DNA from: Lingula anatina
Lineage: Eukaryota; Animalia; Brachiopoda
Assembly: GCA_051362555.1 (NCBI GenBank)
Contig: CM120641.1
Span: 20,646,001 to 20,710,000 of the forward strand
DNA length: 64,000 bases
Direction of reading: 5' to 3'
Below the pieces are notes generated by a model, which made no database searches, had not been told where the DNA came from, and worked only from the letters and a program-made list of their open reading frames with translations. Shown here one piece after another: positions 13,147 to 25,018 of the stretch. How positions within the stretch are numbered: position 1 is the first letter of the stretch; the number at the start of each line of letters is the position of its first letter. Made by a program: the position numbers and the translations under genes.

Positions 13147-16100
13147 CATAAATGATGCATAAAAAGCTCATAGTATATGTACGTATTTAGGAAAGCAAAC
13201 CAATTCCTAACAATATATAATCTGTATCTATAAACATGAGTGACAGGCTTTCAAACTTGAATCTGAGAAATATTAAGAGTAAGATCTAGGTGAAGTTATC
13301 AAGAAGTCTCACAATCTGATTAATATTGGAAACCATTGATTACCACAGTCCTTCTGATTGCATCTGTGCCAAATATCAATACAATTAGCACTCAAGAACT
13401 TGTAAGATGTCTGCTCCAATCTATAAGACCTTATGCACATAAAATATTGAACTTGTTTGCAATAATAAGAACAATCATCCTAAGAAAACAGAGTTTCATT
13501 ACACATTCATTCCAAAGTCATGCTTGGTTAATTAATTCATCAATATCATCAAACAAAAAAATCACTCCAGGCATAAAAATTCTAGCTTTTTGTCGATAAT
13601 GAACACCATTATAACTCAAAGAACCCCTCATATTCTTAGAAAGTCATTCTGTGCAGAGAGAAGCATAAAGTCATTTTACCTAAGGTGCACATTAGCTGCT
13701 TTCAATGAGGTGTTAAAAGTAAATGGATAATTTTATTTGCACAAGAATTACCACAAATGGACACAAACTTCTAATAACTGCACAACAATATTTTGAGCAA
13801 AACTACCATACAAAAGTAAGAGATGGAAAATAACTATTTTTATTTTAAAAAATCAGCTTATTAGATTTACTCTAGCATGTACTTGTTTTAAAGAAAAATC
13901 ATTCTCATCTTATTTGGTAAAAGCAATTATAACTTTTTTGTAAGAGCATTTGGGAAACAAAATAAGTAGAAAGTACTGATAACAAGTAGCAGATCCAAAG
14001 AATTCCATTCTTAAAGTAAGTCTGAACCCTGTTTCACAGAAGGCACTATGTCAAAAATTGACTGATTATGTTACAAAAACACCTTACAAGCTGCTTATTA
14101 TTTTTATATTTATTTTTAAAAACCCTAGGACTAAATTCCAATTGTCTAAGACTGATTTTTAATCAGAAGCCAGTTACCACTTTAGATATGCCAGCTATAT
14201 CTATCATGGGCAAAAATCAAACACCAATTAACCAATATTACAAGGTCAATTGTGCCTTTTTCATGATCTCAGTTAAATAATGTAAGCCGGGTTCAAAAAC
14301 CTATGTCCATTAATGAAACAGACCCTACGTTTTAAAGTAAAAGCACTTCGTCATCATCACATGTTGCGCCACGTCCTAAAATGAATGTAATGTTATCACA
14401 TATCACGAGGATATCTAGTATCCTTTCTCTTCAAAAGAAGAAGCACTCAAGTTACAGTTTTCCAGACAATGCAGACCTCTCTTAAAAAGAAAAATTGAAA
14501 AAATATAAATGAAACCAAATAGATTTTGATCTGTCACTTCCTAAATTATGATATCTACATGCTGACAAATCAACTGTTTCTAAAAATGGTACCAGGTGAT
14601 CCTCTTTACTGATGAATTATATATATCTTAGTTCACAAACTTTTTTAAAACATACAAAACCAAACTACTTTTGCCAATGCAAAACGTAAAAAATAATAAA
14701 CTGAAATAAAATAAAACTAAAAAATCTTTTAAAATATTAGGAGCCCAAAACTCAGTTCATTTATCCATAATTGCCAATCCTGAAAATTTAATCAAAATGT
14801 GTGAAGAATATTTTTAGATATCTTATCCAAAAACAAACTGAGCCAAAGCTGATGAAAACACAGCCTCCAATTTGGCAGAGGTAATCATGTTCAAATACCT
14901 CACAATCTAATGGTGAATGTTTGTAAAAGGGATGTGTAAGTGTGATAGTTGAGACAAGTGAAGCTATTAGCAGGTGCGATGGCCACACCTTGTTTCGACC
15001 TGCTTTGGTTAATTATTAAATACATAAGCCCCTAGCCAATACAAACTTAAGCTGGTCAAGTAAGTTATCATTCAAGGACTGCCATCACTTTAAGTTTAAT
15101 AGTGCAATTTCTGGGAAATAATAGTTTGAAAACATAAACAGTCTTTTATCATGTCATCAGTGTTACATCTAAAAACAAAGATACAGTATCAAAAAATAAA
15201 ATTCAATAAGCTTAAATGCTTTCACATGGTAGCAACAACTATAATGTATTCTTACCCTGCTTGGGGGGGGGGGGAGAGAGGGTATTAGTTTGCTAATGCT
15301 AAACGCCTTGTTATCAGAGATAGCAGAGCACTAGGTGATATATAAAATTCCCCAAAGAGACAGCTTTAAGGAATGCACAGCTCATACATGAAATTGAATT
15401 AAAGTTATACCATGGCTCAGTGCAATCCATCCCTGCTGATAATTACTTGTCTCTCCTGAGTTTACTGCTTTTGACAGCTCAGCTATGGTCAATTAGCAGT
15501 ATCTGAACCTCATTATGACAACCCTCTGCCTGTGACTTCATCACTATTTCTGATGCATAAAATCTTCAAAATGATGAGTAAAAAAGTCATACTGGCACAT
15601 TTTTGTGTAAACATAAAAGCTATTTTTCACACCAAAGATAAGCAACGCCTTTGTAATTCACTGTGCATTTTAACTATACAGATAGTAAGCCTATGAATGT
15701 GAATCACGTATAATGCTTCATAAGGTTATTATCAATTCAAGGTTAACTACAAAAAATCATATTTCACATTTCATATTTTTTTTAAACAAAGAGGTCATGA
15801 ATTCTCTCACACATGGTTATGTAGGTGCCTAAACTCACAAGTAGCATGGTCAATAAGAACCTGCAACTTAGCTTTCAAACTTTTGGGAAACAATTGAAAG
15901 TGAAATGACCATACTGTTTTTTGTCTTTTTAAGGGGATCTTAAAAAGGGTGGTTAGGGGTAAGAGTTTGGGGTGAATTACTTGATAAAACAGTGCAAAGC
16001 ATAAAGCATTATGTTTTTGTTATCACCCATGACATGGGTCATTCAGCAACTATGTCATTTATAAAGAAAAGAATCCCTAATACTATGGCAATTTAACTAC

Positions 16101-17408
16101 TGTAATATCATAAACTGTTCACTGCTTCTAACAATATCACAAAACCTATCAGTGAGTCTCAGTCTCTCCATTTTATACAGAATGCACAGCAACAAACACT
16201 TAACAAAGAATTATTTCTCAAGGCCTCATCTAGTGACTGAAAGACAACATTAAATACCACTTCAACTTCAACTTACCCTGGAAGCGAAGTCACAACTAGA
16301 CAATCAAGGCCCCAGTGCTAACATAACAGGTATACACACATAGCTTCAGTAGTTAACAGGTATTTTGCATTTAAATGATAAATGTGATATGAAGTGTCAG
16401 GTTTCCCTTGTTTACTATTCCTATTCTACAGATTATAGTCAGAGAACTGTGCTGTCTATCCTTCTTAGGCACCTGTCTGTCAAACTATAGGTGTGTAGGG
16501 GTAGTCAGACATGGGCCATTTTCAGAATGTTTTTCATCCTAAATTGTACTATCAGATGTCATACTGCTTCAGAGATGAAGGGCTGGTCTCTCTGTGATCA
16601 GAGTCACTGATGACACATTTAGTCCTTGTCTAAATGTGCCAAATGTGGCTACCTTAAAGATAAAGCATTCAACCTTGACATGATTTATTCTTGTTGACCG
16701 AACTGCCATATATATATATATATACATATATATGTAAGGCAGCTAAAGTCCCCTGGTGCACAAGCTTTAGGCATTCGCATTACCACAAACATATTAATCT
16801 ATCTTCCACATATACACATACCTATTGTGATGCACTAGAGTTTAGTATCAGTTACATTTGTGGTCTTGTAGCTACGTCTCTCTGCATAACATTTATGGTA
16901 TTTTAGTCTTTATTCTCCCTTTCTGTTGACTAACAGCTGCCAAGAACCCCTGGATGTGGTAAACTTTCATAAACCCTAACCACAACTAAAAGCTGCATAC
17001 ATTTTGTGACACTGTTGTAAACAAGCCAATTCTTTTCCTCGTGATTTACAAATATCCTGTTTTGTTTTCATTAGTTTCCATTTCCTTCCTTCTTTTTTCT
17101 CAGATAAGCTTCTTGTGAATCACTATGCAATAGATATGCATCTTATAGTGTTACTTAAGCATTGCACAAATTTTAGATTGTAGCCATAAATTCGTGGAGC
17201 ACTCCCAAAATTCCTCATATTGCATGCACATGTATAAACAACTTCTGTTACAGTGTTGCTTTTTGTTTGTTATTTACATACAAATCACAAATATCATGTG
17301 ATGCCAGACCAGGAAGATTTATTACTACTAAGTAATAAAAACATCTTTTGTCCTCATCACATGATGATGATTGCTACTGTAGCAATACATCAGTTGACTT
17401 GAACCTTA

Positions 17409-17754
17409 GGCTCTATTCCCATAGATTTTAGATCGATCTATCCCCGCGGAGAGTCTCACTAGATTACTTTCAGATAATCCGACTTAAATGTCCGTCCCGC
17501 CTACTACAAGCTGTAAGGGGATAATTAACTTTCGTGTCCGCCCGGCTGACAGCTATTTAGCGTGAACCCCCAGGGAGTTAGGTCGATCTAAAGTAGGTCG
17601 ATCTAATCTATGGAAATGGGGTGTAACACCGAAAGTTAATTACCCCTTACAGCTTGTAGTAGGCGGGACGGACATTTAAGTCGGATTATCTGAAAGTAAT
17701 CTAGTGAGACTCCCCGCGGGGATAGATCGATCTAAAATCTATGGGAATAGAGCC
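17409..17754. mobile_element. Foldback/palindromic MITE, PIF/Harbinger (Tourist)-like, TTA TSD
   Basis: TTA|GGCTCTATTCCCATAG...CTATGGGAATAGAGCC|TTA. Inverted arms of about 125 bp (17409-17534 versus 17629-17754) are nearly perfect. Confidence 0.92.
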
Positions 17755-18660
17755 TTATTTACTAGTACAATATTATGGCCATACAGGAGTCATTTTCAAA
17801 AAGAAGATTTGAACATCTAGTTGGTCTTAAATGTTCAACTTAAATTTTGGTTTAATTCAATTAAGAATAAACCTGATTTATTTAAAAAATGAAAGAGTAA
17901 ATTTAGGTTTAAAACAGTGGCCATTTCTTTGTTGTGGTAAAAAATAATGGTAATATGTAATTCAATATAATATACATATTATCTTCAATCAAAGTAGACT
18001 GGATATTTGGTCTAAACTAATGATAAGCCTTTGGTCTTAAGTTTTCTTGATTTATATAAGCAATACCCAGGATAACATTTACCTGAAAAAGACCAGACTA
18101 TTCGACATCAACAGACAAAAGACTACAAAGGGAACCCATCTTGCCTAAGATGTCTTAATACAGTAAATATGGCTCATCTGATTATATGATAACATCACAT
18201 AATCATATGATCATATTCCCAAGCTAAATCACACCTGCTTAGAACAGGCCACTAGTGTCGATGGGCCATGGAATAAGAAAGAACCCCTGAAATATTAATT
18301 TTTGGTTCAAATGTAAAAATATCTTTTTATTCAATGAAAGATAAATATTTGATTATTACTTAGACATTAAAAATCTAAAAATTGTTTTTTAAAGCTCATT
18401 TTCCAAACATAGAGTCCTTAAGCTACATAAAGCTCCCATTAATGTGGTTTTATCATGTTGCACAACCTATGTAATGCATTTATTCAATGTGGGATGGAGA
18501 CGTTAAAAGCATAAGATGCACTTCAAATTTATATCATTGAGTCTAACAATCAACTAAGAATGGTTTTCAAATAAGCAAAACTAAGTATAAGGAAAGGTGC
18601 TGCAAGGCCACATTGCTGAAGTTGTCACGTTGTGCTATGTAATTGTGTCCTGAGCCTTGA

Positions 18661-18938
18661 GACTTCTTTCAAAAAGGACATTTTAACCTGAAAATTGATC
18701 ATAAGTTTCAGACCAAAATTTTGAGCTTACTTTGACCCAAAACATTTGCAGCAGTGCAATCAAATGAAATATTGTCCCTGGTTTACAAAAAAAAAAAAAA
18801 AAAACATGGCCAATGTTTCAGACCAATACTTACTTTTTTAAGTGGACTCCTATGCCTTTATCTGCTGAAAAAAAAGCCTTGGTCTAAAATTGTAGACTGG
18901 TCAAATTTTCAGGGGAAGTTCTTTTGTAAGAGCAGTCC
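18661..18938. mobile_element. Old dispersed MITE family copy (related to 19921-20225, 35192-35463 and the split copy around 480/3205-3263)
   Basis: Shared motifs AGACCAA..TTTGAG..TACTTTGACCCAA, AAATGAAATATTGT and ATGTTTCAGACCAATACTTA; degenerate inverted ends. Confidence 0.6.
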
Positions 18939-19800
18939 TAGTTGTTGAGTTCAGTTCATGAACCATGTCATCCCCACCAATCCTATAATCACTAGCTTTA
19001 CAGTTTTTTACTTAACACCAGGAAGAAGCCTGTTAATATTATGATTACATTCAGCAAGAGTCAACAAAGAGTTGTATCGATCTATGGAGAACCATAGTGT
19101 CATTGGGAATGGGCCCTTAAACTGAAAAAGACCTTACCTTCAGTCTAAAAGTTGAGATTGTTCAATTTTCAGATGAAGGTATTTTGCAAAATCAGCCCTA
19201 GTTGTTCAGTTCAGTTCATAAACCATATCATTCTTTCTAGTTGTGAACAGAATCCAAGTCCTCCTAATTCAGGGTAATCACAATGTATGCCACTTCATTA
19301 ATAAATACAAGAGAGCTGATTATGAAAAACAATACAGCAATCTCCTGATTTATCTGATTATATCTTTATTTGATTTTTTTTCTGTCTTGATTTAGCAAAA
19401 AAAAAACTTCTTTCACTGTTTATCTGATTATATTTTTGATGTTTTCAGTCTTATTATAATAAACAATGAGGTACTTTCACAATTTATCTGATTATATTTT
19501 TTTCCTGTGTAACATAATGCAAGTAATAAGCTTCATGTATTCATAATTCAAGTATAATCTGTCAGTTTTGATGACTTAAGTATCCTGTGACATATAAAAT
19601 GAATTTGTTTAACAGTTGTAACTTATCTCCAGCACATATTACTCATCCAAAGGCCTGTTTCTAGCAAACATGGTTGCTGTAAGTTAGAGCAAACCCAGGT
19701 ATCAAATATACATATACACATAGAATAATATTTGACTGAAGCAGTTATCAAATATATAGGTTGTAAGGAAACCATTAAACTAAAATATGATTTCACTTAC

Positions 19801-19869
19801 CTTCAATTTGTCATCAAACGTTACTGTCCTAAATATCCAAAACCAAAGTACAGGGATCTCACCAAACTG
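19801..19869 (-). other. Probable non-coding 5' UTR exon of the left-hand minus-strand gene
   Basis: Strong acceptor (TTTTTTTCCTCTTTCAG) and strong donor (AAG|GTAAGT) bracket 69 nt on the minus strand. Confidence 0.45.
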
Positions 19870-19920
19870 CTGAAAGAGGAAAAAAAACTTTAACAGAGAC
19901 AGACATCTAAAAAACCACAA

Positions 19921-20225
19921 AGCCTGCTTCACAAAAGAACTTAAGCCCAAAAACTGTTCTAAACTTTTAGGTTAAGATTACAGTCTACTTTGACTCAAGA
20001 TTAATGGGTAGTAGTAATTATTATTTTTTATATAAGTATTTAACCAATCTTCACACCAAGAGAGCCATGGCTAATGTTTCCACACCAATACTTACTTTAT
20101 ATATAAGTGTCCAGACTACTACTTTACTATAGTAAAAACTTATCATGTACTGAAGTTGGCCAAACTTTTGGTCTTAAAAGTTTATTCCACTTTTCAGGTT
20201 TAAGATTGTTTGTTAAGAAGGCCCC
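19921..20225. mobile_element. Old dispersed MITE family copy
   Basis: CTTCACAAAAGAACTTAAGCC...TACTTTGACTCAAGA...TTGTTAAGAAGGCCCC; similar to the 18661 and 35192 copies. Confidence 0.55.
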
Positions 20226-20899
20226 TCAAGTTGAATTTAAGCTAATGAACTCTGTCTCCTGCCTGGGCAAAGTTTGGTCAACCAACAAAACCAACTGAAG
20301 CAGATAACTCATGATAGGCCTGGCTGTCAATGTTGTGACTATACTCAGGATAGATTAGTGGAAACGACCCCAGTCTGGAATGTACCTGGGTCATGTTGGT
20401 AAAAAATCTGTATGAAAGCCAATTCTATACAAAGTTACACATGGAAAGGACAGTTTGATTTTTTTTAAAAATAACTGTCTGCATAAAGTCAGGCTATATA
20501 CTGAAGGTCTTTTATGGTAGACTGTGCTACCTCATGCAGGGACTAGTTTGATAAAACATGTTTTAAGCCACTATGTGGGCACAGCGGCTCCAACATCTCT
20601 AGCCAATGATGTTAAGAAAATATAAATCTAATAGCCTTTAAATTCTAACCATTTTCAAGTTACCTTAAAACTGTGCCTAAAACCTGCCAATAAGCTCAAT
20701 CAGATTAGGGTTTTCAATTTAGTAATCAGTCAGATAAACATAATCTGTCAAGAATCATTATCTCTTATATAACAATAATAGCCTCTGTCAACATATATAG
20801 CCACAGGGCCATATGCATGTTGACACCTGTTCTTGTTACCTCGGGTCTAATGAACTGTGGGAATACTCCATAGGACCCCAGTCTCTATTACTTATTCTC

Positions 20900-21980
20900 T
20901 CCAGACATTGGTTCTCTGGACAGCAGAACGTTTCAACTGTGCGCAATACTTCGAGACCTTGTTTTTTTAACATGACAAAAATCCATGTAAGTAGCACTTT
21001 AAAACATCGCTGATGGTTGTTGCAAGTTCACAAAAACGAAAAAAAGAAAGAAAAACATTGTACTTTTTACCTCTCAATATTGTATTCCCATTTGTTTATC
21101 TCATCAATCAAGTTTCGTCTACCGTCACTCCCGTTCAAATCAGTGGAACGCCAGACAGTGTCTCGTTTTTTCGACACAAATATGTCACTGTGCACCAAAA
21201 TGACATATCAATCAATCACAAACTTGGCTAGTGTCACCAAGTTGGCCATTCCTGCCTGCCACCTCTTTTTACTAAAACTATGCGACCCGTCTAGACATAT
21301 CGAGTGTAAATTTAGTCGGCATATAGCCCCGATCATTCATTGATCCTCTCGGGTAAACCAGGTGTATTCAATATCACGAATTGAATAACTTTATTAATAA
21401 AGCTGTAAAGAAAACACAACTTTTAACAAGTATGAATAGAGGCTAGGGTAAATTGGACCGGGCACTATTGTTTACATTTGCTTTAGTTTTCAAAAGACGT
21501 TTGTATTGACACTCTCTCGTACCAGCTGACCCTTGAACGCCAGGGCGGCGAGTCGAGAAATGGCTAAATCAGCCGTGCTACTCTAAACCCAAGGCTTTAC
21601 ATTCACAAACTGCACTTAAGTAGAGTACGAGAGCATTTTCTATACAATCCAGACGCACTTCACCCAAAAAGCGTTTGTGCTCGGGGATTAGAAAAGTATG
21701 CAAAGTTTTGCTTACCTACTTACTGCTGCAGACACGTTGTTGTGGTGGGAGCCATCTTGAAATGGACAAGAATTTTGGGGGTGCTCGCTTGGGAAAACAT
21801 GATTTGGGGTTAAGTACGCGACTTATACAAAATTAATTTTGTCTGTAGTATATTTCAACTAAATAAAACCCTTTTATGCTCAATTTTGTATTATAGTGCT
21901 TTAAAAACGATTTCCATGAGGTAACTTTTATTGCTGCGGAAAGTTTATTTCACAACTGACCCCCCCCCCCTTCCGCACTC
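20900..21980 (-). promoter_or_regulatory. CpG-retaining promoter / first-exon region of the left-hand gene
   Basis: CG dinucleotides are visibly frequent here against depleted flanks. YY1-type AAGATGGC on the minus strand (21758-21751) is followed by two GTAAG donors (exon ends 21724 or 21716). Confidence 0.6.
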
Positions 21981-23554
21981 TAGGTGAGCACCCTGAGTTC
22001 TAGAGGACACTGGAAAAACACCATTACTATCAGCATGATAAAAGTAGACAGGCTAGTTCCCAGCGTCCTCTAATATCCAGGGTCCGGATGAGCAATTGAT
22101 CTTCAATATTTTATATTGTTCTTTATCATCGTTTTGTTTTTTTAATTAATTTTTTCTTGGTGAGCCTAATTTGTACACTTGTCAAACTTGCAAAGCTGCA
22201 ATGTCTGCCTAAAGTTCCTTTTAATGTTCACACATATATTAAAGAAAAGCATAAAAGATATTTCAGATTAGCAAGTTTGTAAACTCAATCAAAATCAATA
22301 AAAATGTTTGTTTTCATAATTTGTGTATTTTTACAATATTTTCAGAATTGGAATATAATAACAGATATTTGACAATGTATTTTGTACTATAAACACATGT
22401 ATAAACAGAAAATTCAAATTAAAATTGTTTCATAAATTAATTATTCATTGGCTTACTTTTAGGTTGACTTTGTAGTTAACAAACAAAACCAAACTGTCAT
22501 ATTCTGGTACATGTACACTGTAGATATGTACAGCTAATTTCTACAAATATGTACAGATGAAAATGATTGCTGTGCATGACATATGTGTAAATAAGATGTA
22601 TAAATCTACCAAATCTACTTGAAAACATCCCATATTAAAAAGGCACTTTTTACCTTCACAGTCAAAGATCTCTTATGAGTAGAATGTGTATTGTTTTGCT
22701 GACTGACATAATGCAAAATACTTGTGCCAAAAATAATTTAATTATAATACTATGAGTGCAATTCAATGTAAAACCACTTCCTAATTAATTAAATAAAAAG
22801 CAGTTTAAAAGTACTCGATTTCAGCAGATGAGACAGTTCGAAATAAAACTTCCAGAAAAAAATCAATAAGACAATTGAACATTTGGCTATTGTTAATGTG
22901 AGTATTGTATAATTTCATCTAAAAAATCGAAGTCCCACTTTTTACTCATATTATCTCTTTTCTCTTTGAGTGGGTTTAGCACAAGTGGCATGCAAATTAT
23001 ATTAAATAATGCCTATAATCACTCATACTGTAAGTGATAAACTGTGCAGTACAAGGTGCCCTCTTGTCATTCTATTAAATCAAACCATTATTTCAAGCAC
23101 AGAACTATCAAAAGATAAAAGATGCTAACCGTAGTTTTCTTTAGACAGAAAGTAAAAGGGCGAGGTAGAGTCATCTGATAAACCTGTCAGATTATTTCAA
23201 TATTTACAAGTAAAACACCCTTCAATACGTACAATACGTGACTGGGCTTAACAACAGAGTGGCTAGCATGTATTTTTTACTTTAATATTACCACCTAAAC
23301 TCATTCATGGTGGGAAAAACTGGTATTTTTTAAAGGATGAAACTCACACAGAAATAATAGAACATTTAGAAAAAGGTTACATAATTTTAAGGGCAGTAAC
23401 CCAACACTGGCATGAATAATTTATATATGGAATGAATCATTTACATATAGTGTTTTGACCTGATATTCAAATGCATTTTAGGTTTGGCAGCTTTAAATGT
23501 TTTTAAAAATCTAAATAGTCCTCTAAGTGTTGTGTCCCTCAAGGCAAATAAATT

Positions 23555-24059
23555 TTATACAATGTATATATTAAAATTCTCCTGTCTGAAGCACATCTGT
23601 GATTCTTGTAATATCCGTAACCTGGGTCCAAGAGGAATTCCAATTTTCTCTAGTCTTTCATCTGTCATGTATGGGAGCTCTACCATACCAATGTGCTCTT
23701 TCTCAAAAAGATGGATGTATTTCTGAAATTAAACAAAAATTAATGCATTTCTTAAAGATAAGTCTTTTTTCTTTTCTAAAACCCCAAAAAATTAGGTTTA
23801 AAATGTACTTAGCAATACACCGTGTCTGTATTTACTACAATATCTAGTTTCAGTTCTCACACAACTTGAATTAATAGCTAGTGTTAAAATTAAGTAATGA
23901 TTACATTTTTTACACTGAAATATATCACTAATAATCATACAAACATTTTTACATCATAAAAAAATTGTTATTATGAAGATTATCTCCTAGGTTAGTCTTA
24001 CCTCATAACCTAGCTTCTTTAAGAAAATCTGTAACAGTGGAGGCTCAGTACCAAAAAAT
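23555..24059 (-). other. SAM-domain-encoding exons (24059-24002 and 23722-23555)
   Basis: FFGTEPPLLQIFLKKLGYE|KYIHLFEKEHIGMVELPYMTDERLEKIGIPLGPRLRILQESQMCFRQENFNIYIV* matches the sterile alpha motif pattern (L..LG..KY...F....I....L..MT...L..IGI.LG.R.RIL). Confidence 0.88.
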
Positions 24060-24953
24060 CTGAAATGTGAACAAAACATTGTGATAGGTGAGATCCAAAC
24101 ACAATGCATGGGGAACACCACAGCACAACTGGGGCCAGGTTCACCAAAGTACCTTTGTCTGAAAATTTTGGTGTACTTCAGTTCAAGATAAATGCATAGA
24201 ATTACTATTGGTCATGTCTTTTACATATATATATATAAAACAAAAGTTATATTTAATTTACTACTGGGGTATTGGTTAATTTCCTGCCAAAAGGGCTGTG
24301 AACCCCCAAACTCCCCTTATGAGCCTATCCGTAAAGACTTACTTGGTGAGTTTATTAACTCTCTTAGGGTTGGTAAGTGAGGGAACCCATCCTCTGAATC
24401 TTTCCCACTCCTCCACATGTGGGTTAATGCCATTTTTGGCTAATTCAGACAGCTGCTGCTCCTTCATTTCTCGGACATCCTTTTTCAGGGCTTCTAACTG
24501 TTCGTACATGGTATTTTGTGATCGAAGTTCCGAAGACAGGTGTGCCACACTTCGAGCTAATGTCACAACATGAGATTCTAGCCGCGCAAATCTTTTGTTT
24601 ATGTTTCTAAAATATGAAAAGAATACATTTTCTTATGAAAATTAGCATTTCTCTATAATTTAACACCTAATATATTATTCAGCTGTATCAGAATGTTTTT
24701 AGAGGTTCTATCCTATGTAAATAGGGCTCTACAGCTGATTTTACTCCCTTTCAAAATTTCTCCATAAGTTTTTTTTCTTGCTGTTTAGTTAGGTGGCCAT
24801 GTCAAACATGGGGCTGTTTAGGAGACAGTCTTATGTAATATGCAGGCTTTTCAGTTGTCAATCTCTCAAAACATACCAGTACAGCTGTATCGCCAAACTA
24901 TAATACTCAATATGTGAAAAGGCTATTTATCAATCAAAAGGTAAAAGTATATC

Positions 24954-25018
<65 letters not shown>

